A DNA stretch of 43,581 nucleotides from the NCBI GenBank assembly GCA_040387495.1, contig JAZKDQ010000014.1, positions 73,752 through 117,332 on the forward strand, written 5' to 3'. A program made the translations under genes and the position numbers. Below the pieces are notes generated by a model. It was not told the DNA's origin, did not search any database, and saw nothing but the letters and a program-made list of their open reading frames with translations. Shown in pieces: positions 1 to 10,024 of the stretch. Within the stretch, counting starts at the first letter, position 1, and each line of letters begins with the position of its first letter. This DNA is from Pseudomonadota bacterium (GTDB lineage: Bacteria; Pseudomonadota; Alphaproteobacteria; Paracaedibacterales; CAIOTO01).

Positions 1-2357
1 AAGTCACCACCAAACCAGTGGAAAAGCGCAAAGTTTGCTTTGTTAATGCCATGCATATCACTGGTCACCACCATCGGCTGTATAATTGAAGTGTTGCCAT
101 ACCACAAGTCAAATGAAAAATAGCTTTCATGATCATGTGCGCCAATGAGCTCATTCATCAGTGGTACATGGTTTGATAAGAATGTGTATGCAACAACACC
201 GCGCCCTTTTTTAAAATACTTCTTGGAGTTTCTAGCTTTAGCTGTTGGTGTAAGTGCTTCGAACTTCTGACCATCTAAGCTCCCAAACAAAGTGTCTTCA
301 TCAAACGTGTAATGGGGAAAGATTGGCAACTGCGCAATTTTGTTTGCAATGATTACGTTTGCTTCTCTTAGTGTTAATAGGCGCATATACTGCTGATACG
401 TTGATTCAAGCTTGTGGTAAGGAATGTCACTAATCTTTGCCATTTTGTAATGGCCTATGTTGGAAGCGTTTGACATCAGCACCGCAATTAAATGATCCAC
501 ATCATATTTTTGTTTCACATAACGAGGTTGCAAAGGGGAAAAGGCTGACATAAAATTTGTTTGATGGTCAACAAAACGCAAGACTTCGCTTAGGTCGCGC
601 ATGGGAAGCTTGCTGTAGAGTGATTCTTGCTGCGCCTCTCGATTTTTTTTTGGTTTTATCCAGGTTATTTCTTCTTTGACAGGGTTATATTTAATGTGCT
701 TTAGGCTTCCTTGTTTAAGGCGCACATCGAATGTATTCCAAAGTGTATCAAGTTCTTTGAAAAGTAAATCAATTTGATCGACGCAAGGTGTTTTGAGCCA
801 AGGTATGTCCAAGGTTTTTAAGGCTTCTTCTTTACGTTCAAGAGAAACCAAATCTTCTGAAAAAGGCCTGTAACGTATGCTGTCTTTAATATGAATAACA
901 CCTGTGTCAATTTGCTCAATTAGTTGTCTGTAAACCTGTAATTCATAACGATTCATTAAATAAGTCGTTTCATCTTTATCATTATTTACCTGAATATATT
1001 TCTTAGTTGAGTTTGAAATAAAATCAATTGGAATTTCTTCCGTTTTTTGCTTTGTAAGTGCCTGTTTCTTTGAAAAGACATCCTGCATCCATTCAATTGC
1101 CTTAAGCAAAGGATTTTCTTCAAGACGACTTTCAAATTTAAGATTCATAAAAAGAGGCCTAAGATTGTACTTATAGCGAGCAGAAGCTTTATCCCGCTCT
1201 TTCCATTGCCTTTCGTGTTCTTGCACTTTCTTTTTAAGCATTTTATTAGCCAGAGCTTTAATTAATTCTTTAGGCAAAATAGCAAAGGCTTGTTTTCTAG
1301 GAATATCAAATGTTGTCGTATCACTTAATTTATCATCAACAAAGATAAGCATGAGCTTGGCAACTTGTTGGTCTCTATCATCTCTGTCATTATTTGCTTG
1401 CTCTTTGACGTTTGCCTTGATGTCAATTTCGAATCGTTTGGTGTTCACAATTAACGATGTCATAATATTGTCATTTATTTGCTGATAGCGTCTAAAAACA
1501 TAACATAAAAGATAAAGATAGGTTTTTTCATCATCAAAACGCTTTAAATCTCTGATTGTATAACGATGAACAAGGCTTGCGTAATAATTTATGTTATGCT
1601 GGGAAAGTGAAAGATGCGGAATGATCATCTTTGAAATGGGATAAAGCGATTTTAGGAGTTGATTCTTTTTTATTTCGACATTCATTTGCATAAAATTGAA
1701 ATTCTTTGCGTCTTGTTTAAGCGCAGCAAGCAGTGCAAGTGTTTCATCGTTGTTGATAAGTATTTGTAGTAATCTTTTATGATCGTCGGTTAAATATGTT
1801 TGAAGGCAAACTTTAATTCGCAAACGCTCAGAAACAAGCGCTTCGCCGACTACTGTTTGCAACGTTGTATAACCAGGCCTCACAATTTTCTGCTCTTTTA
1901 GAAAATGAAATACTTCTTGAAGAATGAATTTGGGTGTCGCATCTCGTTTTGCTATATCTTCAGCATACTTTTTTACTAATGGCAAATTTGCCTTTGTCCA
2001 CAAAGCATAACCAAAAAGATTTAGTATTTCATTTTGTTGAAATCGATATTCATGTTTTGTCACATTAAATTCAGACAATTCCTTATTTTCGAAATAACGC
2101 GTCAAAATAAAATGAATATCTTCTTTTTGGATTCTGCTTAGGGAAAATTTAAAGAACATTTTCTTTGCTTTGAAATAGCCAATTTGGATGGCGCAATAAA
2201 CTTGGGCATTAAATTCGCGGCATCTGCAAATCAGATCAATTTCTTCTCTGGTAAATGTGAAATACGTAGCACGTTGCTCATCATCAAAATCAGGGAGGCC
2301 GTAAAATGCAAATTCTTCGATTTCGGATAGTATGTTGAGTCGTTCACTCTTAGTCAT
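1..2357 (-). CDS. tnpA: Tn3-family transposase, 3' end truncated by the window edge (absent from the ORF track)
   Basis: Manual translation from ATG at 2357 (RBS GGAG upstream) gives MTKSERLNILSEIEEFAFYGLPDFDDEQRATYFTF, a DUF4158-like start. Near the window start it reads SLDGQKFE...KYFKKGRGVVAYT...IGAHDHESYF...TGDMHG, the Tn3 DDE-domain motifs. Confidence 0.92.
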   Translation of the reverse strand, partial: MTKSERLNILSEIEEFAFYGLPDFDDEQRATYFTFTREEIDLICRCREFNAQVYCAIQIGYFKAKKMFFKFSLSRIQKEDIHFILTRYFENKELSEFNVTKHEYRFQQNEILNLFGYALWTKANLPLVKKYAEDIAKRDATPKFILQEVFHFLKEQKIVRPGYTTLQTVVGEALVSERLRIKVCLQTYLTDDHKRLLQILINNDETLALLAALKQDAKNFNFMQMNVEIKKNQLLKSLYPISKMIIPHLSLSQHNINYYASLVHRYTIRDLKRFDDEKTYLYLLCYVFRRYQQINDNIMTSLIVNTKRFEIDIKANVKEQANNDRDDRDQQVAKLMLIFVDDKLSDTTTFDIPRKQAFAILPKELIKALANKMLKKKVQEHERQWKERDKASARYKYNLRPLFMNLKFESRLEENPLLKAIEWMQDVFSKKQALTKQKTEEIPIDFISNSTKKYIQVNNDKDETTYLMNRYELQVYRQLIEQIDTGVIHIKDSIRYRPFSEDLVSLERKEEALKTLDIPWLKTPCVDQIDLLFKELDTLWNTFDVRLKQGSLKHIKYNPVKEEITWIKPKKNREAQQESLYSKLPMRDLSEVLRFVDHQTNFMSAFSPLQPRYVKQKYDVDHLIAVLMSNASNIGHYKMAKISDIPYHKLESTYQQYMRLLTLREANVIIANKIAQLPIFPHYTFDEDTLFGSLDGQKFEALTPTAKARNSKKYFKKGRGVVAYTFLSNHVPLMNELIGAHDHESYFSFDLWYGNTSIIQPMVVTSDMHGINKANFALFHWFGGD

Positions 2358-2506
2358 AAAAGATACTCCTGTCATAAGTGTTATAACGCTCGTTTTATAA
2401 GTCCTTTTTATCTAGTCTAAAGGATCATTGTATGCCATTCTAATTATAGTGTGTTATGAGTTAAAAACGCCTTAACACCAAAGTTCGTCAAAAACAGGTA
2501 TTTTTT
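2358..2506. promoter_or_regulatory. Probable res site and divergent promoters of the transposon
   Basis: Lies between divergent tnpA and tnpR and contains short imperfect palindromes (e.g. GTGTTATAACGC). Subsites were not mapped. Confidence 0.55.
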
Positions 2507-3157
2507 ATGATTTATGGCTATGTTCGAGTGAGCAACCAAGACCAAAATGTCGAAAGCCAAAAAAATGTGATTAGCCGATATGGTGTTGATCATAAAATGA
2601 TGATCGATGAGTGGATTGAAGTTGAAATGTCATCGCGTAAATCAACACGTGATCGTCGGATTGATGAGTTGCTTGAAAAACTACAGCCGGGTGATGTTAT
2701 TATTGTATCCGAACTTTCACGTCTAGGAAGATCAATTAAGGAAACACTTAATACCATTGATAATCTCGTTCAAAACAAGAAAAACAGACTCATTTTAATT
2801 AAGCAAAATTTAGATATGAATCCTGGTAATATGAACAGCCTAACGAATAAAGTGCTGATCACTGTATTTTCGATGATTGCCGAGTTAGAGCGTGATTTTA
2901 TTTCAGAGCGTACAAAAGAAGGGCTTAACGCACGCAAAGCAAAAGGAATAAAACTCGGAAAGCCAAAAGGTATTTTACAGTCATCCATGTATGACCAAGA
3001 TGCCGATAAGATATTACACCTATATCAATTAGGTGTCCCCATTCGCAAAATTATTCAAACACACATCTGTTACGGAAAATACTCGTCACTTAAAGAATAC
3101 ATTGATAAACGTAAAAATATTTATTTACCATTAAATGAATCTCTTATCACTATCTAA
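2507..3157 (+). CDS. tnpR: Serine recombinase (resolvase)
   Basis: YGYVRVS (catalytic Ser), VSELSRLGRS, AELERDFISERTKEGL and GxKLGKP motifs. Confidence 0.93.
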   Translation: MIYGYVRVSNQDQNVESQKNVISRYGVDHKMMIDEWIEVEMSSRKSTRDRRIDELLEKLQPGDVIIVSELSRLGRSIKETLNTIDNLVQNKKNRLILIKQNLDMNPGNMNSLTNKVLITVFSMIAELERDFISERTKEGLNARKAKGIKLGKPKGILQSSMYDQDADKILHLYQLGVPIRKIIQTHICYGKYSSLKEYIDKRKNIYLPLNESLITI

Positions 3158-3543
3158 TTATACTTATTCGTTACTTTCACCGGTAATGTCGGCGGTTTGA
3201 CCAAAGTATGCCTAAAAGGATTTAAACGTCGGTGAGCGCTATCACGGTGGTTATTAATGCGTGACTGCTCAATACTATTAGGATTCAAAGTGCCGTTATT
3301 TGTTAGTATCATAGAATGAAGTTCGGCTCTTTCTATAGAAGTAAGTGCAGCACCTCCGAGCAGTCTATCGAGCTCAAGTATTTCTGCTGCTTGAATATAA
3401 TTAATTCCTGCGGTGCTTGTCTTCGTGCATTGGTATCCGCTTTCCTCGCAGTCAGCGCATACAAAACTGTGTGTTGTAAAGATTATTAGCAATGTTGATT
3501 TTAAATAAAAATTATTTTTCAATGTATATAAACTCAATATCAA
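3154..3543 (-). CDS. Small hypothetical protein, possibly secreted; transposon passenger; start uncertain
   Basis: 129-aa ORF with a hydrophobic N-terminus (LLIIFTTHSFVCA), convergent with and overlapping the tnpR stop. Confidence 0.5.
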   Translation of the reverse strand: MILSLYTLKNNFYLKSTLLIIFTTHSFVCADCEESGYQCTKTSTAGINYIQAAEILELDRLLGGAALTSIERAELHSMILTNNGTLNPNSIEQSRINNHRDSAHRRLNPFRHTLVKPPTLPVKVTNKYN

Positions 3544-3640
3544 CGTATTTATATAATTATATCAAACAAAAAACCGTATTTCCATAAAAATATGATCTTT
3601 CTTATATTCATAATGAATTTATTTTAAATATAAAAAATGT

Positions 3641-3680
3641 CTAACATTCCTGTTCGTGAAAAAAGGAAAAACGAACCTCT
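3641..3680 (-). repeat. Candidate Tn3-family terminal inverted repeat
   Basis: Minus strand reads (A)GAGGTTCGTTTTTCCTTTTTTCACGAACAGGAATGTTAG. The ~39 nt length, G-rich start, internal ACGAA and GTTAG end resemble the Tn3 IR (GGGG...ACGAAAACTCACGTTAAG). The partner IR is not visible. Confidence 0.55.
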
Positions 3681-3827
3681 ACTCCTATTAGTGCGGTGGT
3701 GAACACAATAAATATAGAGCCAACTATGGCTGAACAACTCAGAAACAACACGAATCAACGCTACTGGTAATACATGCCCAGGAATCCCCTAATTAAGCAT
3801 ATTAAGCTAGTAAATTATTCTTAATTT

Positions 3828-3863
3828 AAAAAAAACCCGAGGGCATAACAACGCTCGGATTTT
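3828..3863 (-). terminator. Rho-independent terminator downstream of the NHL gene (possibly bidirectional)
   Basis: CCGAG...CTCGG stem flanked by A8 and T4 tracts. Confidence 0.55.
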
Positions 3864-3891
3864 CGCATAAAAATCAACGTAACAATGCCTT

Positions 3892-4956
3892 TTAATAATG
3901 TCCAGATGGCGTGATTTTACGAATAATATCACTATCGGCTACATAAAAAGTACCTTTGTTGTCATCAACTATCCCTAATGGTTTACTAAACTGGGCGGAC
4001 GTCGTCGCAGCATCTACATAGCCAGAAGTGGCCCCACCGGCAAACGTCGTCACAACACCATAAGGAAGGGTTACAAGACGAATACGCGTATTGTTCGTAT
4101 CGGCCACCAAAAGATTCCCCTGAACATCAATGGTAATAAAAGCTGGTGCATTAAATTGTGCAGTGACACCTGCACCGTCCACGTACCCAGCAACAGTTGC
4201 GCCAGCAACAGTTGTCACCACTCCTTGCTGTGTTATTTTTCGAATATTATTGTTGCCCTCATCTGTCACATAAAGATTACCATTATTATCGACGACAATC
4301 CCAAATGGTTTATTAAACTGAGCAGCCATGCCTGTGCTGTCTATATATCCAGCCATACCTGAACCCGCGAGGGTTGTCACCATACCCTGTGGTGATATTT
4401 TCCGAATACAATGATTCAAGGTATCAACCACATAGAGATTGCCATTTCCATCAAATACAATACCCGACGGATGGTTAAATTGCGCACTTGTTCCTGCAGC
4501 ATTTACTAATCCAGATGCGCCTGACCCAGCATATGTTGTCACAATACCTTGCGGTGTTATTTTTCGAATACGGTTATTTTCTTTGTCAGCGACATAAATA
4601 TTTCCATCTTTATCAATAGCGAGACCAGTAGGCTTGTTAAATTGTGCGGCCATTCCCGTACCATCAGCATACCCCGCCGTACTTGCCCCAACGAATGTTG
4701 TAACAACGCCTTCGGGGGTTATTTTTCGAATGCAATTATTATTCTTGTCAGCAACATAAACATTTCCACCACTATCAACAACCATGCCCCTGGGTTCGTT
4801 AAATTTTGCTTCAGTTCCTTTGCCATCTGCATAGCCAGCGGGCTGATTTCCCGCGAGAGTTCCCACATTATACGCTGCGCAATTACTGATGGTTCCGATA
4901 GTGACAAGCGCCACAGCAACCATTTGGAAATTAACAATATTTTTAAAAAACGTCAT
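3892..4956 (-). CDS. Secreted NHL-repeat (6-bladed beta-propeller) protein
   Basis: Signal-like N-terminus followed by six ~54-aa repeats of the form DGxGxxAQFNxPxGIxVDxxGNLYVADxxNNRIRKITPxGxVTTxAG. Confidence 0.9.
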   Translation of the reverse strand: MTFFKNIVNFQMVAVALVTIGTISNCAAYNVGTLAGNQPAGYADGKGTEAKFNEPRGMVVDSGGNVYVADKNNNCIRKITPEGVVTTFVGASTAGYADGTGMAAQFNKPTGLAIDKDGNIYVADKENNRIRKITPQGIVTTYAGSGASGLVNAAGTSAQFNHPSGIVFDGNGNLYVVDTLNHCIRKISPQGMVTTLAGSGMAGYIDSTGMAAQFNKPFGIVVDNNGNLYVTDEGNNNIRKITQQGVVTTVAGATVAGYVDGAGVTAQFNAPAFITIDVQGNLLVADTNNTRIRLVTLPYGVVTTFAGGATSGYVDAATTSAQFSKPLGIVDDNKGTFYVADSDIIRKITPSGHY

Positions 4957-5150
4957 CGGTCGCCTTTTTATAGAAAAAAAGATTTATGATAAATTATAGA
5001 CATTAACACAAGTCTATGTATACTCATTTCGAATTACCATCCTAATTTACCTTAGAAATACAGGTGCACGTCTTAGAAGCCTCTTAATTATTGCTATTGC
5101 TGGTTCACTAATGTGAGCAATAATTTAGCCGGTTAATTCTTATTCGAACC

Positions 5151-5567
5151 TCAAACAATTTTTGTTATCCACTGTCGAGTCTGCTGCACATTTTCTTGCA
5201 ATGCTTCAATATCATACAGCTCCGCCGCACCAACACCCCACACAGGATTCGGCCATGCAGCATCTCCGGGATCGCGACCAAGCACGTGAATATGCAATTG
5301 CGGCACAACATTACCTAGCGCGCCAACATTGACTTTATGCACGGAAAGTTCTTCTTTCAAATAACGCGACACCAGTGAAATCTCGGCCCATAGCTGTGCT
5401 TGGTGAGCCTGATCCAATTGATACATCTCTGTCATATCCGCAACGCGTGGCACCAAGACAAACCATGGGTAGCGCGTGTCATTTTGTAGAAACAAGCGAC
5501 ATAACGGCAAATCAGCCACCCATTCTGTGCTTCGCAATAAGCGATCATCAATCGTGAATGTGTTCAT
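5151..5567 (-). CDS. HIT-family hydrolase
   Basis: NDxRYPWxVLVPR and NVGALGNVVPQLHIHVLGR...DAAWPNPVWG, the typical proteobacterial HIT variant. Confidence 0.9.
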   Translation of the reverse strand: MNTFTIDDRLLRSTEWVADLPLCRLFLQNDTRYPWFVLVPRVADMTEMYQLDQAHQAQLWAEISLVSRYLKEELSVHKVNVGALGNVVPQLHIHVLGRDPGDAAWPNPVWGVGAAELYDIEALQENVQQTRQWITKIV

Positions 5568-5658
5568 AAAATGTCTTTCCTACCAATAAATCTTTAACTT
5601 TTTACCAATCAACATATACAATATAATAAGTGTTTTATGATACTGGTTTCGTTTTTCT

Positions 5659-7128
5659 GTGACAAAATGTTTTTACGCGATTGTTTTTTTCATGCTCTTT
5701 GTAGTCAGCAATTCGACTGCTTTAGCACCTAACGCCAATAATGATAATGACAAAAAACTGATTGAGCCCTACTTTGACGAACGTTTTTATAAAGACAAAT
5801 ATAAAGAAGACCTTGAAAAAACGGGGCTAGCGGCGATTGATCACTTTATGCAATATGGTTGGCAAGGGAACTGGAAAACACATCGGGATCCTAATGGTTG
5901 GTTTAATATTACCTTATATAAGGATCGCTTATGGCCCTGCGCAGGAAACCCGTTTGTTGATTTTTTGAAACAACCAAAAAGCGATTTTTCTGATCCATTT
6001 AAACAAGTAGAAATTTTCGTCAAAGATTCAACCGAGCTTTATCGCGCGTGGATGGCTGCTGAAGGATTCTTGCGGCTTAAAAAATGCAACCCCGTTGTTC
6101 ATTTATCCCCTGCACGATTTCATAAAATTCCAGATTGCTTTGTACCAATGATTAATCGCGGCTTGGTCGTGCAATTAACAAACCTAAACGACGTCAGCTT
6201 TTACAAAAGTGATTTTATCAAAAACCCAGCTGTTTATGGAATTGATTTTGGACAAGACAGTCATGCAAACAGGCACATGTCAGTCAAAATTAACACTATT
6301 GATTACAAATACATCAAACATGACTTATATCAATATGAATGGATCAATTATTTTAAAGAGGGGCGAATCAACCCACTTGTCATCAATTTTGCGTATTTTA
6401 CCGACGAACCGTTACACTATTGTGATTTTGGGTCAACGACAAAAGAATATATTTCGTTTATGCAGCGTATTGCGCCTGGTTATGATGTGATCCATACAGG
6501 GCTTGAAATAGGTTCACCGAATGAAAAAATCATCCCGGGGTTTATGTACACGATGTATCTTAATGCTGGAGAAGGCGATATTCCAAGGACGAAAATACCA
6601 GGGGTTAGTTTTTTGCTCAGCTTAGGAATGGGCGGCGGCGATAAAAGCTATTTAGACAGTAAGCTTAGAAATTATCACATCCGAAAAAGTCTATGGGATC
6701 GTGAAAATGAAATCACAAGTCCACGCTTTTTTTATGTGTCGTTGCGTGATAAAGATAAATTCTCAGAAAGCTACCAAAGCCGTCTTTTGCCTACCGATTC
6801 AAAGAAATGGCTTTTCCAAAGTCAATATCACATTGTAATTGAAAACTGCAGGCAACGAAATTACATCACTGAAAAACTGCTGCACCCCTTTATTGCGCTG
6901 ACGGTTCCGATTTATATTGGGTGCCCAAATGTTTCAGATTATTTCGATGTGCGAGGCATGCTGATCGCTGAAAATATTGACGAGGTAATTAAACTTGCAA
7001 ATTCATTCACGCCTGAAAAATACAATGAAATGCTGCCTTATTTGGTGACCAATCAAAAGAAAGCGCATGAGATGCTAGGCATCAGAGATCGCTATGTTAA
7101 AGAGTTTTATGTGGGTAAGGTTGTGTGA
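5659..7128 (+). CDS. Glycosyltransferase family 10 (alpha-1,3-fucosyltransferase-like) with an N-terminal signal peptide
   Basis: C-terminal GT10 motif YHIVIENCRQRNYITEKLLHPFIALTVPIYIGCPNV. Also an FDxxFY...HFMQYGW...RDPNGWFNxxLY module of the kind seen in glycosyltransferases. Confidence 0.8.
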   Translation: MTKCFYAIVFFMLFVVSNSTALAPNANNDNDKKLIEPYFDERFYKDKYKEDLEKTGLAAIDHFMQYGWQGNWKTHRDPNGWFNITLYKDRLWPCAGNPFVDFLKQPKSDFSDPFKQVEIFVKDSTELYRAWMAAEGFLRLKKCNPVVHLSPARFHKIPDCFVPMINRGLVVQLTNLNDVSFYKSDFIKNPAVYGIDFGQDSHANRHMSVKINTIDYKYIKHDLYQYEWINYFKEGRINPLVINFAYFTDEPLHYCDFGSTTKEYISFMQRIAPGYDVIHTGLEIGSPNEKIIPGFMYTMYLNAGEGDIPRTKIPGVSFLLSLGMGGGDKSYLDSKLRNYHIRKSLWDRENEITSPRFFYVSLRDKDKFSESYQSRLLPTDSKKWLFQSQYHIVIENCRQRNYITEKLLHPFIALTVPIYIGCPNVSDYFDVRGMLIAENIDEVIKLANSFTPEKYNEMLPYLVTNQKKAHEMLGIRDRYVKEFYVGKVV

Positions 7129-7192
7129 GTGGGGGCAAAGAAATTAACTTTTCAGTTTCCTTATGGCGTGATCGCAGGGGCCACAAGCACAT

Positions 7193-7214
7193 GGATCTCG
7201 TGTCAAGCACGAAG
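7193..7214. repeat. Remnant REP-like palindrome
   Basis: CTCGTGTCAAGCACGA (7197-7212) is identical to 30999-31014 in the full element. Confidence 0.65.
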
Positions 7215-7218
7215 AAAA

Positions 7219-7899
7219 CTAGAAACCCATCAAATCCTCTGGCACATAAAGTCCAGGCTTTTGTTTCACCAACCATGCTGCCAAACGAAGGGCGCCATCA
7301 GCAAAAACATGCCGCCCATTCGCGGTGTGAGTCAACTTAACCGTTTCATGATCGCCCCGAAATGACACAACATGTTCGGCAATGACATCGCCTGCACGAA
7401 GAGAGTGCATTCCAATAGACGCAGACCGAATTGATTGAACGGTTTCTTTTAAGGAAAGTGCCGTTCCCGATGGTGCATCAACTTTATTACGGTGATGCGT
7501 TTCAATAATATCAATATCAAAAGAACTGTCTAACATCGTGGCTGCAACTTCGAGCATTTTACGTAATACCAAAATACCAATACTAGTATTCGGTGCAATC
7601 ATGACGGGGCAGGTGGCGCTGCATTTTTTGAGTGCATCTTTAGTCTCCGCCGTCAGGCCGGTGGTGCAAATTAAAAGCGGAATCGTTTTCCCGATGGCGG
7701 CCTTTGCAAGTTCAGCAGTCATTTCTGCATGTGAAAAATCAATAACGACATCAACAGGGGTAGAGGCATCCCACACACATGTCAGATCACGCGATATGGG
7801 CAATGTGACGCGCCAATCATTGTGATTTTGTGTAAGCTCCGCAATGCATTTTCCAATGCGACCCGTTGCACCGATAAGTGCGATTTTTGTTTTATTCAT
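7219..7899 (-). CDS. dapB: 4-hydroxy-tetrahydrodipicolinate reductase
   Basis: IGATGRIG, VIDFS, CTTG and ETHHRNKVDAPSGTA motifs. Start moved to the ATG at 7899. Confidence 0.96.
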   Translation of the reverse strand: MNKTKIALIGATGRIGKCIAELTQNHNDWRVTLPISRDLTCVWDASTPVDVVIDFSHAEMTAELAKAAIGKTIPLLICTTGLTAETKDALKKCSATCPVMIAPNTSIGILVLRKMLEVAATMLDSSFDIDIIETHHRNKVDAPSGTALSLKETVQSIRSASIGMHSLRAGDVIAEHVVSFRGDHETVKLTHTANGRHVFADGALRLAAWLVKQKPGLYVPEDLMGF

Positions 7900-8062
7900 T
7901 GTGTGGTTCTTATCGTTAGCGAATCTACAAAAATAATTTTTTGTAATTAAGTATCCATGAGAAAGCATGGTTTTCCTATCTCCCTATTTTTCCTCCATTT
8001 TAACCGAAGAATCCACAAAATACACAGTTCCTCTGGTCATGTTTGTTAGAGACTATTTTTTA

Positions 8063-8758
8063 TTAAATACTTTTACTTGAATATCTTACTTTTCGAAATG
8101 TTTGGCGCGCCTTTTGTTTTGCGAATTTAAAATAAATTAAGATGGGGCTACGCCGCTTTCTGGGGATTATCCCCTTATGAAACGTATACGACCACACGGT
8201 TGCAGGCGGCACATTGCGAAAAATATGCCCAAGGCGTGTTGCAATTAACCCCAGCTTTTTATGGGATAAAGGCGAAACAGGGCCATAGGTAAATTGAATA
8301 ATCTGTCCGGTGGGACTTAGTGTATTTTGAAATGCAGTGATCAGATCCAGCTGTTCTTCTTTATTCAAATTAATTAGCGGAATGCCCGAGATAATTGTTT
8401 CAACATTAAGTGCGACCCCAATAGGCAGCAGTTGATCTAACTGCGTTGCATCCCCCTGAATGATCATCACATCTGGGAAATTGCTTCGTAAATAATTGCA
8501 TAGCTCACGATCCAGCTCGATAACAATCAAGCGATCAGCGGCAAGCCCTGCATTCAACAACCCCCGTGTGAATCGTCCTGTTCCTGCGCCAACCTCGACA
8601 ACATAGGTTGTAGCATCAACACGCACATGCCGTGCTACCATTTCAGCAAGCGCTTTTGAGCTTGGCGCAACAGCCCCAAGTGCTTTTGGATTTTTAATCA
8701 AACGCCTTAAAAACAACATGTTTTCTTGGCGGTTTGAAGCACGTTTAATGGGTGTCAT
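8063..8758 (-). CDS. pmtA: Phospholipid N-methyltransferase (PmtA-like), copy 2
   Basis: NPKALGAVAPSS, VVEVGAGTG, ISGIPL, QFTYG and NVPPATVW motifs. Confidence 0.85.
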   Translation of the reverse strand: MTPIKRASNRQENMLFLRRLIKNPKALGAVAPSSKALAEMVARHVRVDATTYVVEVGAGTGRFTRGLLNAGLAADRLIVIELDRELCNYLRSNFPDVMIIQGDATQLDQLLPIGVALNVETIISGIPLINLNKEEQLDLITAFQNTLSPTGQIIQFTYGPVSPLSHKKLGLIATRLGHIFRNVPPATVWSYTFHKGIIPRKRRSPILIYFKFAKQKARQTFRKVRYSSKSI

Positions 8759-9430
8759 TTATCTGTATTTTCTGACCTCATCACGAGAGTCATTTGTATT
8801 CATCTGATCGTTTTCCTTTTTCGTATACGACCATACAAACCCTGGGGGTATATTCATCCATAATCCTACCACACGTTCTTGGGTGTACGCACGTGAAAAG
8901 GCAAGTGGTGATTTTGGATTATACGTAACATGTATGATTTTTCCGCCAGGCTTAAGAACGCGAAAGGCGGCTTCGATAATAGCGGTACGTTTATCTTCTG
9001 CTAAGCACATCAATGGGACAGATGATACCACGGTTTCAACATTACCAACCCATGACGGAGGAATTAAATCAGACAAATAAGCTGCATCTCCTTCGATGAT
9101 TTTTGGCGCATCTGAAGCCAAACACAGCGCAGGCAATGTATCTTTTAAAAATGTGCATAGCTTTGAGTCTAGTTCAACAGCAGTTAATTGTGCTGATGGC
9201 ACCCCACGTTCAAGAAGGGCACGTGTTAAACGGCCTGTTCCTGCACCAATTTCAACAACATATCCATCCTTATTGAAAGCATATGAAGCAGCTACGCGTG
9301 CCAATTTGAGCGAGATCGGTGCTACCGTGCCCAGACGTCCAGGGTGTCTGATCCATTGCTTGAAGAACAGCTTGTTTTCAAGAGTGCGTAGCTCAGAATC
9401 ATAATGCTGATCAAAGGTATGTTGAAGCAT
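8759..9430 (-). CDS. pmtA: Phospholipid N-methyltransferase (PmtA-like), copy 1
   Basis: FFKQWIRHPGRLGTVAP, VVEIGAGTG, VSSVPL and NIPPGFVW motifs. Directly abuts copy 2. Confidence 0.82.
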   Translation of the reverse strand: MLQHTFDQHYDSELRTLENKLFFKQWIRHPGRLGTVAPISLKLARVAASYAFNKDGYVVEIGAGTGRLTRALLERGVPSAQLTAVELDSKLCTFLKDTLPALCLASDAPKIIEGDAAYLSDLIPPSWVGNVETVVSSVPLMCLAEDKRTAIIEAAFRVLKPGGKIIHVTYNPKSPLAFSRAYTQERVVGLWMNIPPGFVWSYTKKENDQMNTNDSRDEVRKYR

Positions 9431-10024
9431 ATCGCTTGTTCCTAGATTATAAAGGACCTATACCCACTCAAAATGACTTCGTGGATTTTTAACGTGATCT
9501 TTTAACCATCAAGCAGCACCTTTAAAGGCCCCAAATAGCGATACTATCTGTGGTTTTAAAGACTTTCTTTTAATCAAAATCTTTAACGTTTAAACTCAAC
9601 ACTTTCATCTATGATGGGTATAAAAAAATTAATATCTTTACGCTATCGTGATTTAAGCGTTTGTGCAAGGTGGAAGTTGAGCGGTAAGCAAAACCATAAG
9701 CCATATCTGATTTTATGCGCCCTGTTTTGCCTAGATTTTATCGAAGGGAAAAGATTCTAACCAACCTTAAACATCTCTATTATGTGAAAACTATTGTCAA
9801 ATTGTGGAATGCAAAAAGAAGTTACTGCAGAGAAAAGATAATAAAAGCCTTAGCAAAGTTTTGTGATAGTGAGATTATCATGTTCATGTGACCGTTCTAT
9901 ATTTCCTGACGTTTATGACTGCTGTTGCGCTTCACTGTTGAATCGGCGTTGCATAAAATTATCATTTTATTAACACTATAAATGTAACATGATGAATATA
10001 TAGTTTATTTTTATTGGTATTGAA

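Larger units (their letters stand above)
1..3680. mobile_element. Tn3-family transposon, partial (the other end is outside the window)
   Basis: Divergent tnpA/tnpR with an intervening res-like region, a passenger ORF and a Tn3-like terminal sequence at 3641-3680. Confidence 0.8.
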
